Positions 14,882-23,717 of a stretch of DNA of 32,000 nucleotides are shown here, in pieces. The notes below the pieces were generated by a model that saw only the letters and a list, made by a program, of their open reading frames with translations, was not told where the DNA came from and did no database searches. The translations under genes and the position numbers were made by a program. Source of the DNA: Erysipelothrix inopinata. GTDB taxonomy: Bacteria > Bacillota_I > Bacilli_A > Erysipelotrichales > Erysipelotrichaceae. The stretch spans positions 210,001-242,000 of the forward strand of contig NZ_CP060715.1 in the NCBI RefSeq assembly GCF_014396165.1. The letters are read 5' to 3'. Each line of letters starts with the position of its first letter. Position 1 is the stretch's first letter.

Positions 14882-17534
14882 CAGGAATCCTAACCGTACG
14901 AATCTCTCCCGCTTTAAGTTTTGATTCGTATTGATGGTCTCTAACTGATTCTAGAAGATCAGAATCATAGATTGGTTTATTATCAAATTCTAGTTTGATG
15001 CCTGATGCTGCTTCGTTGTCTAGATTAAACATTCTAACCATTATATCTTTTTGGTATTCTTTTCGTTTCATCGATGTAATGTATGCATTAGGTGCGTCAA
15101 CAAATAAAAATTGATAATTAGCAGGTAGCTTACCACTTTTCACAGAGGTTTGAGTGGTAATGAACGGAACTTGCATTGCCTTCATATTACGGTAGTGTTC
15201 GTATTTATCATTTTCTCCATGAAAACTTAAGGCATAATTGACCGAAATCATTCCAAGACACTGAGCTTCAGGTGTAGGGAAATAGCCCCAGTCACCCATT
15301 TCCCCAACACCACGATGAATTGTTAAAGCGATAGCTGAGCCATTGATAACTTCGTATTCATTTAATCCTATGTTTCCAACAACCATTCCTTGATTATCAT
15401 TGGTAATCGCTGTGAAAGCTTGTTGGTGTTGTGGATTACTTGGATTTTCCCACGATTTCGATACACTATTAGGACGTGTTACAACTTCAAAGATACTCTC
15501 CGATTCGTGTGTCTCAGTTTTCATACCACTGTTGAAAATAGCACGAACACGATGATCTTTAGCTTGATTATTAAACTGTGTTTCAAACTTAATAATGCTG
15601 CTTTCATGTTCAAGAGTAAGTGTGGTTTCAATCTTCATATCCACCATTTCTTTGCTTCGGCGTGATTTTCGTTCGCGCATTTCTGTCACAGATTTCTGTT
15701 CCAATTGCAAGGTTTCTTCTGCAGACTTAGGAATACTCATAATTTGTGTTATTCTTACCTTTTTAACAAGGTCACTCATTTCTAAATATTCAATTTCAGC
15801 AGGAATGCCTTTAGAGGTGATCAGCTCATGATCGTCAGTTTGTTTGAATATATATTCATTACCCATGTCACCAGCATCATCAAAGTACAGGACATCTCCA
15901 TATGTTTTGTTGTGTACTTTGTCATGAATGTTAATGCTTCCCATATCCGTAATTTCAATATGTAGTGCACTGTTTTCTATTGCCGATGTTTTCTCTTGAG
16001 ACGGCATTGAAACGCCTTCAAGAAGTGCAAATGTTTGCCAAGAAAATGCATCCATTTCAACACTTAATCTGACAGTTACTGTACGAATAAAGTATGGCTT
16101 CCTAAATGCATCCTTAGGGAGATCGTATCCAAATTTCACATCGGTAGATACTATTTCAAAAGCAATCGTGTTTCCATTGACATCACGAATTTCTAATTCT
16201 GGATATTCTTTCGCTGCAAGGATGTCATAATTTTCATTTGGCTTACGGTGATTAAAGGGTATGCGTTCCCATTCAATTTCTGTCTCAACGATACCTTTTT
16301 TCTTAAGTCCTTCTGTGTTAAATACCACGAAAGGTTTAGCACCATCAGGAAATTGTTTGGTATCAATGTTACTTTGTAAGTGACGCAATGCTTCATCACG
16401 AACAAATTCCCCCACTTGTTTTGCATCTTCAAAACGAGTCATCATGCCGCGATGAACACTATCAACACTACATCCACAGATAGAATCATGAGGATGATTT
16501 TGCATTAATTTTTTCCACGCATATCGTAATTTGTCGTGAGGATAATCATTCGTAACAGTCGTAGCCATCGTTGCAAGAGGTTCCGTAACACGTTCAAGCA
16601 AGTTTTGAACATTCGTATTCTCTTGTTTTAAATAAATTCGTGAGGAAGAAGTATTCGCAAGTGTGTACCAACCATCTGTTTCTTGACTTGTTAATTCTCC
16701 CTTAACACTACCGATATCTTCTGGAAGTGTTTCTTGGACTGCTTTAATATAGTCTGGAAAGTTACTATGAATAAAAGTATATTCTGGATACATTTCATTG
16801 GCGAGTGCAATTGCTTGTGCAACATCTTTTTGAATCGGTTGATGATCAACACCATTCATCATTAAAAGATGTGGTGTGGATGCATAACGTTCAACATCCG
16901 CAAGTTTTTGATCCCAGAATATTTTTGCTGCTTCGGGTTCTACAGGAATTTCATTTCCGTTACTATACCAGTTAGCAAAAAGAATACTTAAAATTTCTGT
17001 TCCGTCTGCACCCTCCCAATTAATTTCTGAATATTTTGAAGCATAATCTTCATCGACAACGACATTATTAAATCCCGTTGTTTTAACACCACGACCGAAT
17101 GCTACTGCATCCAATCCACCTTGTTTCATCATTTGCGGTGCCTGACCCATATTTCCAAATGTATCCGGGAAATATCCCAGTTTCACAGGTTCGCCCCAGC
17201 GTTTGCTTTCATCAATTCCAACAAGCATATTTCGAGCATTCGCTTCCGCACTGATGAGGAAATCATCTTGCAGAATGTAGAAAGGTCCAATGAAAAGTTT
17301 CTTTTCTTCAACTAAACGTTTTACTTTATCTTTATTTTCAGGACAGACTTCTAAGTAATCATCAATTGAGATTGTTTGTCCATCAAGATGGTAGGACTTA
17401 AATCCAGGATCGTTCTCAAATACATCAAAGAGATCTTCAAACAAATCAACCAAGCGCATATGGTGTTGTTCGTACGCCATGTACCATTCTCGATCCCAAT
17501 GACTATGAGATATTATATGTACTGTTTTTTTCAT
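14871..17534 (-). CDS. GH38 alpha-mannosidase (cytoplasmic)
   Basis: 887 aa. N-terminal HIISHSHWDREW, then GPFYILQDDFL and FPDTFG. No signal peptide. It overlaps the GH1 start by 11 nt. Confidence 0.9.
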   Translation of the reverse strand: MKKTVHIISHSHWDREWYMAYEQHHMRLVDLFEDLFDVFENDPGFKSYHLDGQTISIDDYLEVCPENKDKVKRLVEEKKLFIGPFYILQDDFLISAEANARNMLVGIDESKRWGEPVKLGYFPDTFGNMGQAPQMMKQGGLDAVAFGRGVKTTGFNNVVVDEDYASKYSEINWEGADGTEILSILFANWYSNGNEIPVEPEAAKIFWDQKLADVERYASTPHLLMMNGVDHQPIQKDVAQAIALANEMYPEYTFIHSNFPDYIKAVQETLPEDIGSVKGELTSQETDGWYTLANTSSSRIYLKQENTNVQNLLERVTEPLATMATTVTNDYPHDKLRYAWKKLMQNHPHDSICGCSVDSVHRGMMTRFEDAKQVGEFVRDEALRHLQSNIDTKQFPDGAKPFVVFNTEGLKKKGIVETEIEWERIPFNHRKPNENYDILAAKEYPELEIRDVNGNTIAFEIVSTDVKFGYDLPKDAFRKPYFIRTVTVRLSVEMDAFSWQTFALLEGVSMPSQEKTSAIENSALHIEITDMGSINIHDKVHNKTYGDVLYFDDAGDMGNEYIFKQTDDHELITSKGIPAEIEYLEMSDLVKKVRITQIMSIPKSAEETLQLEQKSVTEMRERKSRRSKEMVDMKIETTLTLEHESSIIKFETQFNNQAKDHRVRAIFNSGMKTETHESESIFEVVTRPNSVSKSWENPSNPQHQQAFTAITNDNQGMVVGNIGLNEYEVINGSAIALTIHRGVGEMGDWGYFPTPEAQCLGMISVNYALSFHGENDKYEHYRNMKAMQVPFITTQTSVKSGKLPANYQFLFVDAPNAYITSMKRKEYQKDIMVRMFNLDNEAASGIKLEFDNKPIYDSDLLESVRDHQYESKLKAGEIRTVRIPDEK

Positions 17535-17535
17535 A

Positions 17536-18825
17536 TTATCGTTTCACCTTTATTTCGAAGTAATCCATAACTAATTCACAGAACATCATGTTGGCCCACG
17601 AAAACCACTCTCTTGTATAATTATTTGGATTTGAGACATCAAAGCTTTCATGCATCATCTTGGTACCTCCATCTGTTTTGACTAGGGTATCAAGAATCTT
17701 AGCTTTTTCTTGTTTATTAGATGTAGTGAGACCTTCTATAGCGAGTGCTATTGGCCAAATGTACCCAACAGGAGTATGAGAACTTCCACATCCTTGTGCA
17801 AATTCACCAGCATAGTAATAGTCATTTTCTTCGCTAAGTATATGTTTTCGAGTATTTAAATATAGAGGATCATCCATCTCACAAAATCCTAAGTAAGGAG
17901 CCGACAATAAACTTGGAACATTAGGGTCATCAATCAACAATGCATTTCCTAATCCATCGACTTCATAGGCATAGATTTCTTTTCCCAGATGTTCAACCAC
18001 TGCATGTTCTTGGATTCCTTCTGCAATTGATTTTTTTAGGTTATAAGCCTGGGTCGCAAGTACCTCATCTTTATTGATAGAAGTAAAAACAGTTTCAACG
18101 TATCCCAAGACAACTACAGCAAACATATTTGAAGGAACAAGATAGTGATAGATACACGCATCATCACTGGGTCTAAATCCAGACCATGTCATTTTAGTGA
18201 ATGCAACCTCCGAACCCCGTCCCGCATTTCCTAATGTATCTTCGAGTCGATCCGTATCTCTCATAAATGTGTATGGTGATGTTTCATGATGTTGTTCCAC
18301 GAGCCACAGATCCATGATTGTTTGAGCTACCGCTTTGTAACGATCATCAAAGATTGTTGCATCTTGAGTATGTTGATAATAAAGATACGAAAGTTGTAAA
18401 GGATAGCATAGTGAGTCAATTTCATATTTACGTTCCCAAATGAGAGGCGTCATTTCAGTATGGTCTGTTTGATGTCCTGCCCCATTTGCTGTTTCATTAA
18501 ATGCATTCGCGTAAGGATCATGTAAAATCATGTCAAACTGACGCGAAATAACACCACGAATCATGTTTTTGATTTCGGCATCCTTTTCAGCTAGTGGTAG
18601 ATAAGGTCTTACTTGTGCTGTGGAATCTCGCAACCACATTGCAGGAATATCTCCTGTTAGAACGTATGTATCATCTTCAGAGATTCTTTTGATTGTAGTT
18701 AGAAGTGTATTTGAGTATACGTTCTCAAATACTTCTGCCCACCCAGGATGGTACTCTCCACAGAGTTGAGATATTTCATTGATTAAGTTTGTGACACTTT
18801 TTGGAATTTCATGATATGTTGACAT
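17536..18825 (-). CDS. GH125 (DUF1237) metal-independent exo-alpha-1,6-mannosidase
   Basis: 429 aa. The TGDIPAMWLRDSTAQ motif and overall length are typical of GH125. No signal peptide. The stop lies 1 nt from the GH38 start. Confidence 0.85.
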   Translation of the reverse strand: MSTYHEIPKSVTNLINEISQLCGEYHPGWAEVFENVYSNTLLTTIKRISEDDTYVLTGDIPAMWLRDSTAQVRPYLPLAEKDAEIKNMIRGVISRQFDMILHDPYANAFNETANGAGHQTDHTEMTPLIWERKYEIDSLCYPLQLSYLYYQHTQDATIFDDRYKAVAQTIMDLWLVEQHHETSPYTFMRDTDRLEDTLGNAGRGSEVAFTKMTWSGFRPSDDACIYHYLVPSNMFAVVVLGYVETVFTSINKDEVLATQAYNLKKSIAEGIQEHAVVEHLGKEIYAYEVDGLGNALLIDDPNVPSLLSAPYLGFCEMDDPLYLNTRKHILSEENDYYYAGEFAQGCGSSHTPVGYIWPIALAIEGLTTSNKQEKAKILDTLVKTDGGTKMMHESFDVSNPNNYTREWFSWANMMFCELVMDYFEIKVKR

Positions 18826-18837
18826 ATTTCCTCCTTT

Positions 18838-18851
18838 GTTGATATACCAAG
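18838..18851. promoter_or_regulatory. Candidate operator, copy 1 of the exact 14-mer GTTGATATACCAAG
   Basis: It abuts the SD (AGGAGG on the minus strand) of the GH125 operon. The inner 12-mer TTGATATACCAA is a 10/12 palindrome. Confidence 0.5.
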
Positions 18852-18873
18852 TATCGTTACCAGTTACACCACC

Positions 18874-18902
18874 ATTTTATGCTTTAATAATTATCTTTTT
18901 AA
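18874..18902 (-). promoter_or_regulatory. Candidate sigmaA promoter of the GH125-GH38-GH1-ROK-ROK-manA operon
   Basis: The minus strand reads TTAAAA-17 nt-TAAAAT. The predicted TSS is near 18867, which places operator copy 1 in the 5' UTR. Confidence 0.35.
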
Positions 18903-18939
18903 TGTACAAACTATAGGTGTTTCGGTACGAATCATGGGG

Positions 18940-18968
18940 TTGATTTCTAACTTTCATTCATTTAAAAT
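18940..18968 (+). promoter_or_regulatory. Candidate sigmaA promoter of the regulator/GH92 unit
   Basis: TTGATT-17 nt-TAAAAT. The predicted TSS (about 18975) falls inside operator copy 2. Confidence 0.45.
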
Positions 18969-18971
18969 GAA

Positions 18972-18985
18972 GTTGATATACCAAG
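18972..18985. promoter_or_regulatory. Candidate operator, copy 2 of the exact 14-mer GTTGATATACCAAG
   Basis: Identical 14-mer in the same + orientation. It abuts the SD (AGAGGTG) of the regulator gene. Confidence 0.5.
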
Positions 18986-18995
18986 AGGTGTCACA

Positions 18996-20051
18996 ATGAC
19001 AAAACCGTTATATAAAGTTATTAAAGACCAGATTAAAAATGATATTTACCACGGCAAGTATCAATCTCATGACCAGTTACCCAGTGAGAATGATCTTGCG
19101 CAAACATACAATGTAAGTCGTATTACATCCAAACGCGTTCTTAATGATCTCGAGCAAGAAGGCTTGATTTATCGTCAACGAGGTATCGGCAGTTTTGTAA
19201 GTCCCATAAAAAAAGAGGCACCTGCGCGCAATCCGTTTGATATTCTTTTTATCATGCCATTCCCAGACACATTCAGTTTTGGAAATTACACTCAAGGCAT
19301 GTTGGAAGCACTCCTTGATACTCCGTATCGACTTCAAGTTCAACAAAACAGTAAAATCAGTCCAGAAGAATTGGAACGCATCGCTCAAAATTATGCTGGT
19401 GTTATTTTCTATCCCTTCAATAATACTGATATTTTAGAGTATGCTTATCCTCTTTATCTTTTAAATGTTCCAACTGTTATTCTTGATAAAGAAGTTTCAG
19501 GAGTTCCTCTCTCCTCAGTAAGTTCAAACAACTTCCAAGGAGGCTATCTTGCTACACAACACCTTCTTGATCAAAGTCTTGATTCTATCGCATTTGTCAC
19601 CACAACACGAGTCGAGGATGTTTCCTCAGTTCGTGAGCGATATTTTGGTTATCTCAAAGCATTAAGCGATAATAATATTAAGTTTAATGCAAAACCAATC
19701 TACTGTGACTTACTAGAGGATGAAAAATCTTTGAACAATTTTATTCAAACTCTAATACAACAAGAGGTTAAAGGTATTGTTTGCGAAAATGATATCTTAG
19801 CCATTTCGATCATGAATGGATTAATTAAAAAAGGGTACTCGATTCCGGAAGATTTAAAAATTGTCGGCTTTGACAACACTCAAGCTTCACAATTCGTAAA
19901 TCCACCAATGACGACCATTGAACAAAATTTCAAACAAATCGGTAACAAATCGATGCGTCATCTATTAGAACTGATTGAGAAGCCTGACACTCTTGCCTCA
20001 CGACTTATCATTGATGTTTCACTTATTATTCGCGAATCAACGCACAATTAG
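18996..20051 (+). CDS. AraR-type transcriptional regulator (GntR-family wHTH plus a LacI/PBP-type sugar-binding domain)
   Basis: The N-terminus LPSENDLAQTYNVSRITSKRVLNDLEQEGLIYRQRGIGSFV is a GntR HTH. The C-terminus has LacI-type IVGFDN...PPMTTIEQN. Confidence 0.85.
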   Translation: MTKPLYKVIKDQIKNDIYHGKYQSHDQLPSENDLAQTYNVSRITSKRVLNDLEQEGLIYRQRGIGSFVSPIKKEAPARNPFDILFIMPFPDTFSFGNYTQGMLEALLDTPYRLQVQQNSKISPEELERIAQNYAGVIFYPFNNTDILEYAYPLYLLNVPTVILDKEVSGVPLSSVSSNNFQGGYLATQHLLDQSLDSIAFVTTTRVEDVSSVRERYFGYLKALSDNNIKFNAKPIYCDLLEDEKSLNNFIQTLIQQEVKGIVCENDILAISIMNGLIKKGYSIPEDLKIVGFDNTQASQFVNPPMTTIEQNFKQIGNKSMRHLLELIEKPDTLASRLIIDVSLIIRESTHN

Positions 20052-20059
20052 GAGAAACT

Positions 20060-22195
20060 ATGAAACACATAGAAATTGATACACGAGTTGGTACACATAA
20101 CTATTCCAACTTTTCAAATGGTAATACATTACCGCTTACGGGTTCCCCTTTCGCTATGAACTACTTTGCCGTCCAAAATGGTGAAGGTTCATGGTGGTTT
20201 GACCCTTTAAAACCAATGATTTCAGGATTTCGATGCACGCATCAACCAAGCCCTTGGATGGGTGATTTCAGTCATTTTTTAATAACGCCATTCACTGGAA
20301 ATCCTCTCATCCGCAGTCTCTTTCATTTACAGAGTAGTTATCGTACCCATGAGGCTATTTTTAGACCTGATTTTCTTCAAGTTGAGAGCTTACGTTACAA
20401 TATAAGATCCGAGTTAACAGCTTCAACATATGGCATGAAATTACGAACTACAAGTTCTGATCAAAACTGTATTAAATATGTGCTTTCTGCCCATTCTGGC
20501 ATTCAAAACATTTCTCAAGACAGCAATTCAATTACTTTCGATATTAAGAACTATTCCGGTTGTGAAGACAAAGATTTCACCATGCATGTCATTCTGACAG
20601 CTGATACACCTCTCAAACTGATTGCATCAAAATTTGAAGACGGAAGTGACATAGCGATCATCGAAACAGAAGTTACTGTCGCCACCCTTTCATTAGCAAC
20701 ATCGTTTATCAGTTCAACTCAGGCTGCATTAAATTTATCGCGTGAACCCGAAACCTTTATATCCCTACATCAACAAGTTGCGGCAGCATGGAATGAAAAA
20801 CTTGATAAAATAGTGGTTACACACAAAGATACGGAAGCTGAAAAAATGTTTTACGCTGCTTTCTATCGTTGTTTCTTATTTCCACAAACATTTTACGAAT
20901 TGGATGAATCCATGAATCCAATTCATTACAATACTATTTCCAAACAGGTAATGCCGGGTGTTCTATTTACAAACAATGGTTTTTGGGACACCTATAAAAC
21001 ATTATTCCCATTATTTTCATTAATAGAACCCGACTTCTATGAAGTACTCCTCAGAGGATTCCTCAATAGCTATAACGAATCTGGTTACTTACCAAAATGG
21101 TTGTCTCCAGATGAGAGAGGGTTAATGCCAGGTACTCTGATTGATGCGGTTATTAGTGATGCTTTGACCAAAGGGATTGCTCAAGACATGATTCACGAGT
21201 TCTATGATGCCATGGTGAAATCCGCAACTGTTGAATCCACTAATCCACAATATGGTAGACGTGCTGTCAACGATTATTGGAAATACGGTTATGTGCCAAG
21301 CCACTATGGTGAAAGTGTCAATCAATCTCTAGATAACAGTTACAGTGATTTCTGCATCGCTCAAGTTGCGAAACTCCTCAACAAAAATGACGATTATGAA
21401 AAATTCATGACCAGTTCACGCAATTACGCAAAACTATTTGATTTTGAATCTGGTTTAATGCGAGCAAAAGATACTGATGGTAAATTTGCTGTTCCCTTTA
21501 TCGATACCACATGGGGGCACGCTTATACTGAAGGATCTTCCTGGCAAAATTCCTGGGCAGTCTACCACGATTTTAAAGGACTCATGAATTTATATTCAAA
21601 CCAAGATGATTTCATTCAGTTAATTACCCGCCTCGTAAATCAAAAACCAATTTTCTCCGTCGGAAGTTATGGTTTCGAAATTCATGAAATGAGCGAGGTT
21701 GCCGCTATTGATTTTGGTCAAATGGCAATTTCGAATCAACCAAGTTTTCATATTCCTTTTCTCTTTACATACGCAGGACATCCAGAATCAACTCAAGTTT
21801 TAATTAGAAGTTTAATGAGAGAGACTTTCAAACCGACGTTTGATGGCTATCCAGGAGATGAAGATAACGGAAGCATGTCTGCATGGTATGTCTTCAACAG
21901 TCTTGGATTCTATCCTGTTTGCCCCGGTACGCAGGAGTATGTCATGGGAATTCCGTATTTCGACTCAGTTGTAATAAACCTCCCCCATAATAAAACAATA
22001 AAAATTACTACCGAGAATAATACACCTCATCATAACTTTATTAATGATGTTAAAGTTAACGGTTCTTCCTACACACGTCTCTACTTCAAACACGAGGAAT
22101 TAGTTCAGGGAGCTAACATTAAGTTTGAGTTAGGTATTGTACCGCATTTCAAATCTTACACAGACGAACAGTTACCTTATTCAAGTACAAAATAA
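20060..22195 (+). CDS. GH92 alpha-mannosidase (alpha-1,2-type family), no signal peptide
   Basis: 711 aa. GYPGDEDNGSMSAWYVFNSLGFYPVCPG is the GH92 catalytic-region hallmark. The start is 8 nt after the regulator stop, with SD GGAG. Confidence 0.9.
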   Translation: MKHIEIDTRVGTHNYSNFSNGNTLPLTGSPFAMNYFAVQNGEGSWWFDPLKPMISGFRCTHQPSPWMGDFSHFLITPFTGNPLIRSLFHLQSSYRTHEAIFRPDFLQVESLRYNIRSELTASTYGMKLRTTSSDQNCIKYVLSAHSGIQNISQDSNSITFDIKNYSGCEDKDFTMHVILTADTPLKLIASKFEDGSDIAIIETEVTVATLSLATSFISSTQAALNLSREPETFISLHQQVAAAWNEKLDKIVVTHKDTEAEKMFYAAFYRCFLFPQTFYELDESMNPIHYNTISKQVMPGVLFTNNGFWDTYKTLFPLFSLIEPDFYEVLLRGFLNSYNESGYLPKWLSPDERGLMPGTLIDAVISDALTKGIAQDMIHEFYDAMVKSATVESTNPQYGRRAVNDYWKYGYVPSHYGESVNQSLDNSYSDFCIAQVAKLLNKNDDYEKFMTSSRNYAKLFDFESGLMRAKDTDGKFAVPFIDTTWGHAYTEGSSWQNSWAVYHDFKGLMNLYSNQDDFIQLITRLVNQKPIFSVGSYGFEIHEMSEVAAIDFGQMAISNQPSFHIPFLFTYAGHPESTQVLIRSLMRETFKPTFDGYPGDEDNGSMSAWYVFNSLGFYPVCPGTQEYVMGIPYFDSVVINLPHNKTIKITTENNTPHHNFINDVKVNGSSYTRLYFKHEELVQGANIKFELGIVPHFKSYTDEQLPYSSTK

Positions 22196-22203
22196 CAAAA
22201 AAG

Positions 22204-22234
22204 AAACGAACACCGTAACAGTGTTCGTTTTCTA
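22204..22234. terminator. Bidirectional Rho-independent terminator (GH92 on +, response regulator on -)
   Basis: Stem AAACGAACAC-cgtaaca-GTGTTCGTTT. Followed by TTTTC on + and CTTTTTTG on -. Confidence 0.8.
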
Positions 22235-22235
22235 A

Positions 22236-23717
22236 TTATGCTTCTGAATTATGAGATCTCTCGCGATACTCTCGAGGTGAAATACCACACTCTTTCTTAA
22301 AATTCTTATAAAAATAACCAGAGCTTGTATATCCTACTAATTCCGCAATTTCATTGACATTATGATTCGATTGGACGAGGAGATTTTGAGCTTTTTTCAC
22401 TCTAAACTGATTTAAATACTGTGAGAAACTGAGGCCTGTTTCTTTTTTAAATATTTGTCCAAGGTACATAGCATTTAAATGAAGTGATTCGGCTATTACA
22501 CCTATGGTAAGATCATCGGTATAATTTTGATGAATCATTTGGAGAGCTTTTTGAACATTGACATTATATTGTTTCACATCCGTTTGCTCTTGATTAATCA
22601 TCACGGAATTCTTCAAGACTTCTCTAACATCAAACATTGATTTCGCATGATGAAGACGTTTCAAATTATCATAATAATGTTTGGATGCAATCCGATTGTA
22701 GTGACGATAGATATCTGAAAATATTACAAACGACATGTAACGGACATATTCTGGTTCCGGATTGTTTCGAATAACCTGTTCCAACAAGTCTTCAACATGA
22801 GCAAAGATTCCTTTATCATCTCCCAATGATAAGGCTTGATGGAACGTTTCAAACGATATATTTGGACTCATTTCTGCATTGAGACGATCTTTTATGCTAA
22901 TATCGCGACCATAAGAGTCATCATTATAAAACTGCATTATTTCCAATAATGAACTCGCATGATCATAACTACGGTGAACTTGATCAAACTTTACATACAA
23001 CTCGCCAATAGCCATTCTTTCTTTATCCTTAAGAGAAAGTAATACAATCCCTTTTCGGATCATATCAAAGCGTTGCGTGTTACCGGCAACAATGATATAT
23101 AAAATATCATTGTCATAGATATGATATGAAACATTCATCCGATCAAGAAACTCCGACCAGATACTCTTTCTTTTCTCTTCGATACCTGATATGGCCAAAA
23201 CTGTATAGAGCTCATTAAGTTCAAGTCGGTATCCCAATTGTTTCAAAATTCGTCTTAAATCAACCGGATTAATGTCGTCGTTGAGCCAACGAAGAAGGGT
23301 ATTATGATATAAAATTTCATCCCCTTGTTCATGGTATTCCTCTTCATCAAGTTTCGTTACAATTTTTTGAATCGAACCATTCAATTCCACTTTATCGATA
23401 GGCTTTAATATAAAATTTTCGGCACCCAAGCGAATCCCTTCTTTGACATATTCAAACTCTTGATATCCCGAAAGGATAATAAAGTTAAAGTTAATATCTT
23501 CTTCTTGAGCTTGTGAAACAAATTCAATACCCGTCATGACAGGCATACTCACATCAGTAATCACAATATCAACAGGGTTTTCTCGAACAAATTCCAATGC
23601 ATCAATACCATCACTAAAACTTCCTACCAACTCAATACCTAATGCTTCCCATTGAATCAATTTTTCCAATCCGGCTAAAATCATATATTCATCGTCAACT
23701 AAAATTACTTTATACAT
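22236..23717 (-). CDS. Response regulator, CheY receiver plus AraC-type HTH (YesN-like)
   Basis: MYKVILVDDEYMIL...DIVITDVSMPVMTG is the receiver domain. The C-terminal AraC HTH reads NVNEIAELVGYTSSGYFYKNFKKECGISPREYR. The track start 23732 is TTG. The ATG at 23717 follows GAGGAGGA and overlaps the kinase stop. Confidence 0.85.
   Translation of the reverse strand: MYKVILVDDEYMILAGLEKLIQWEALGIELVGSFSDGIDALEFVRENPVDIVITDVSMPVMTGIEFVSQAQEEDINFNFIILSGYQEFEYVKEGIRLGAENFILKPIDKVELNGSIQKIVTKLDEEEYHEQGDEILYHNTLLRWLNDDINPVDLRRILKQLGYRLELNELYTVLAISGIEEKRKSIWSEFLDRMNVSYHIYDNDILYIIVAGNTQRFDMIRKGIVLLSLKDKERMAIGELYVKFDQVHRSYDHASSLLEIMQFYNDDSYGRDISIKDRLNAEMSPNISFETFHQALSLGDDKGIFAHVEDLLEQVIRNNPEPEYVRYMSFVIFSDIYRHYNRIASKHYYDNLKRLHHAKSMFDVREVLKNSVMINQEQTDVKQYNVNVQKALQMIHQNYTDDLTIGVIAESLHLNAMYLGQIFKKETGLSFSQYLNQFRVKKAQNLLVQSNHNVNEIAELVGYTSSGYFYKNFKKECGISPREYRERSHNSEA

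Noticed and set aside
18901-18930. GTAC-containing half-sites (aatGTACAAAc, cGGTACGAAt) resembling AraR-box halves. Similar TTGTACA and GGTACAAAA motifs occur at 29513-29519 and 29571-29579.
   Set aside because: They are only 6-7 nt long with no proper inverted pairing. At that size they are expected by chance in AT-rich DNA. The exact 14-mer repeat is the far stronger operator candidate.
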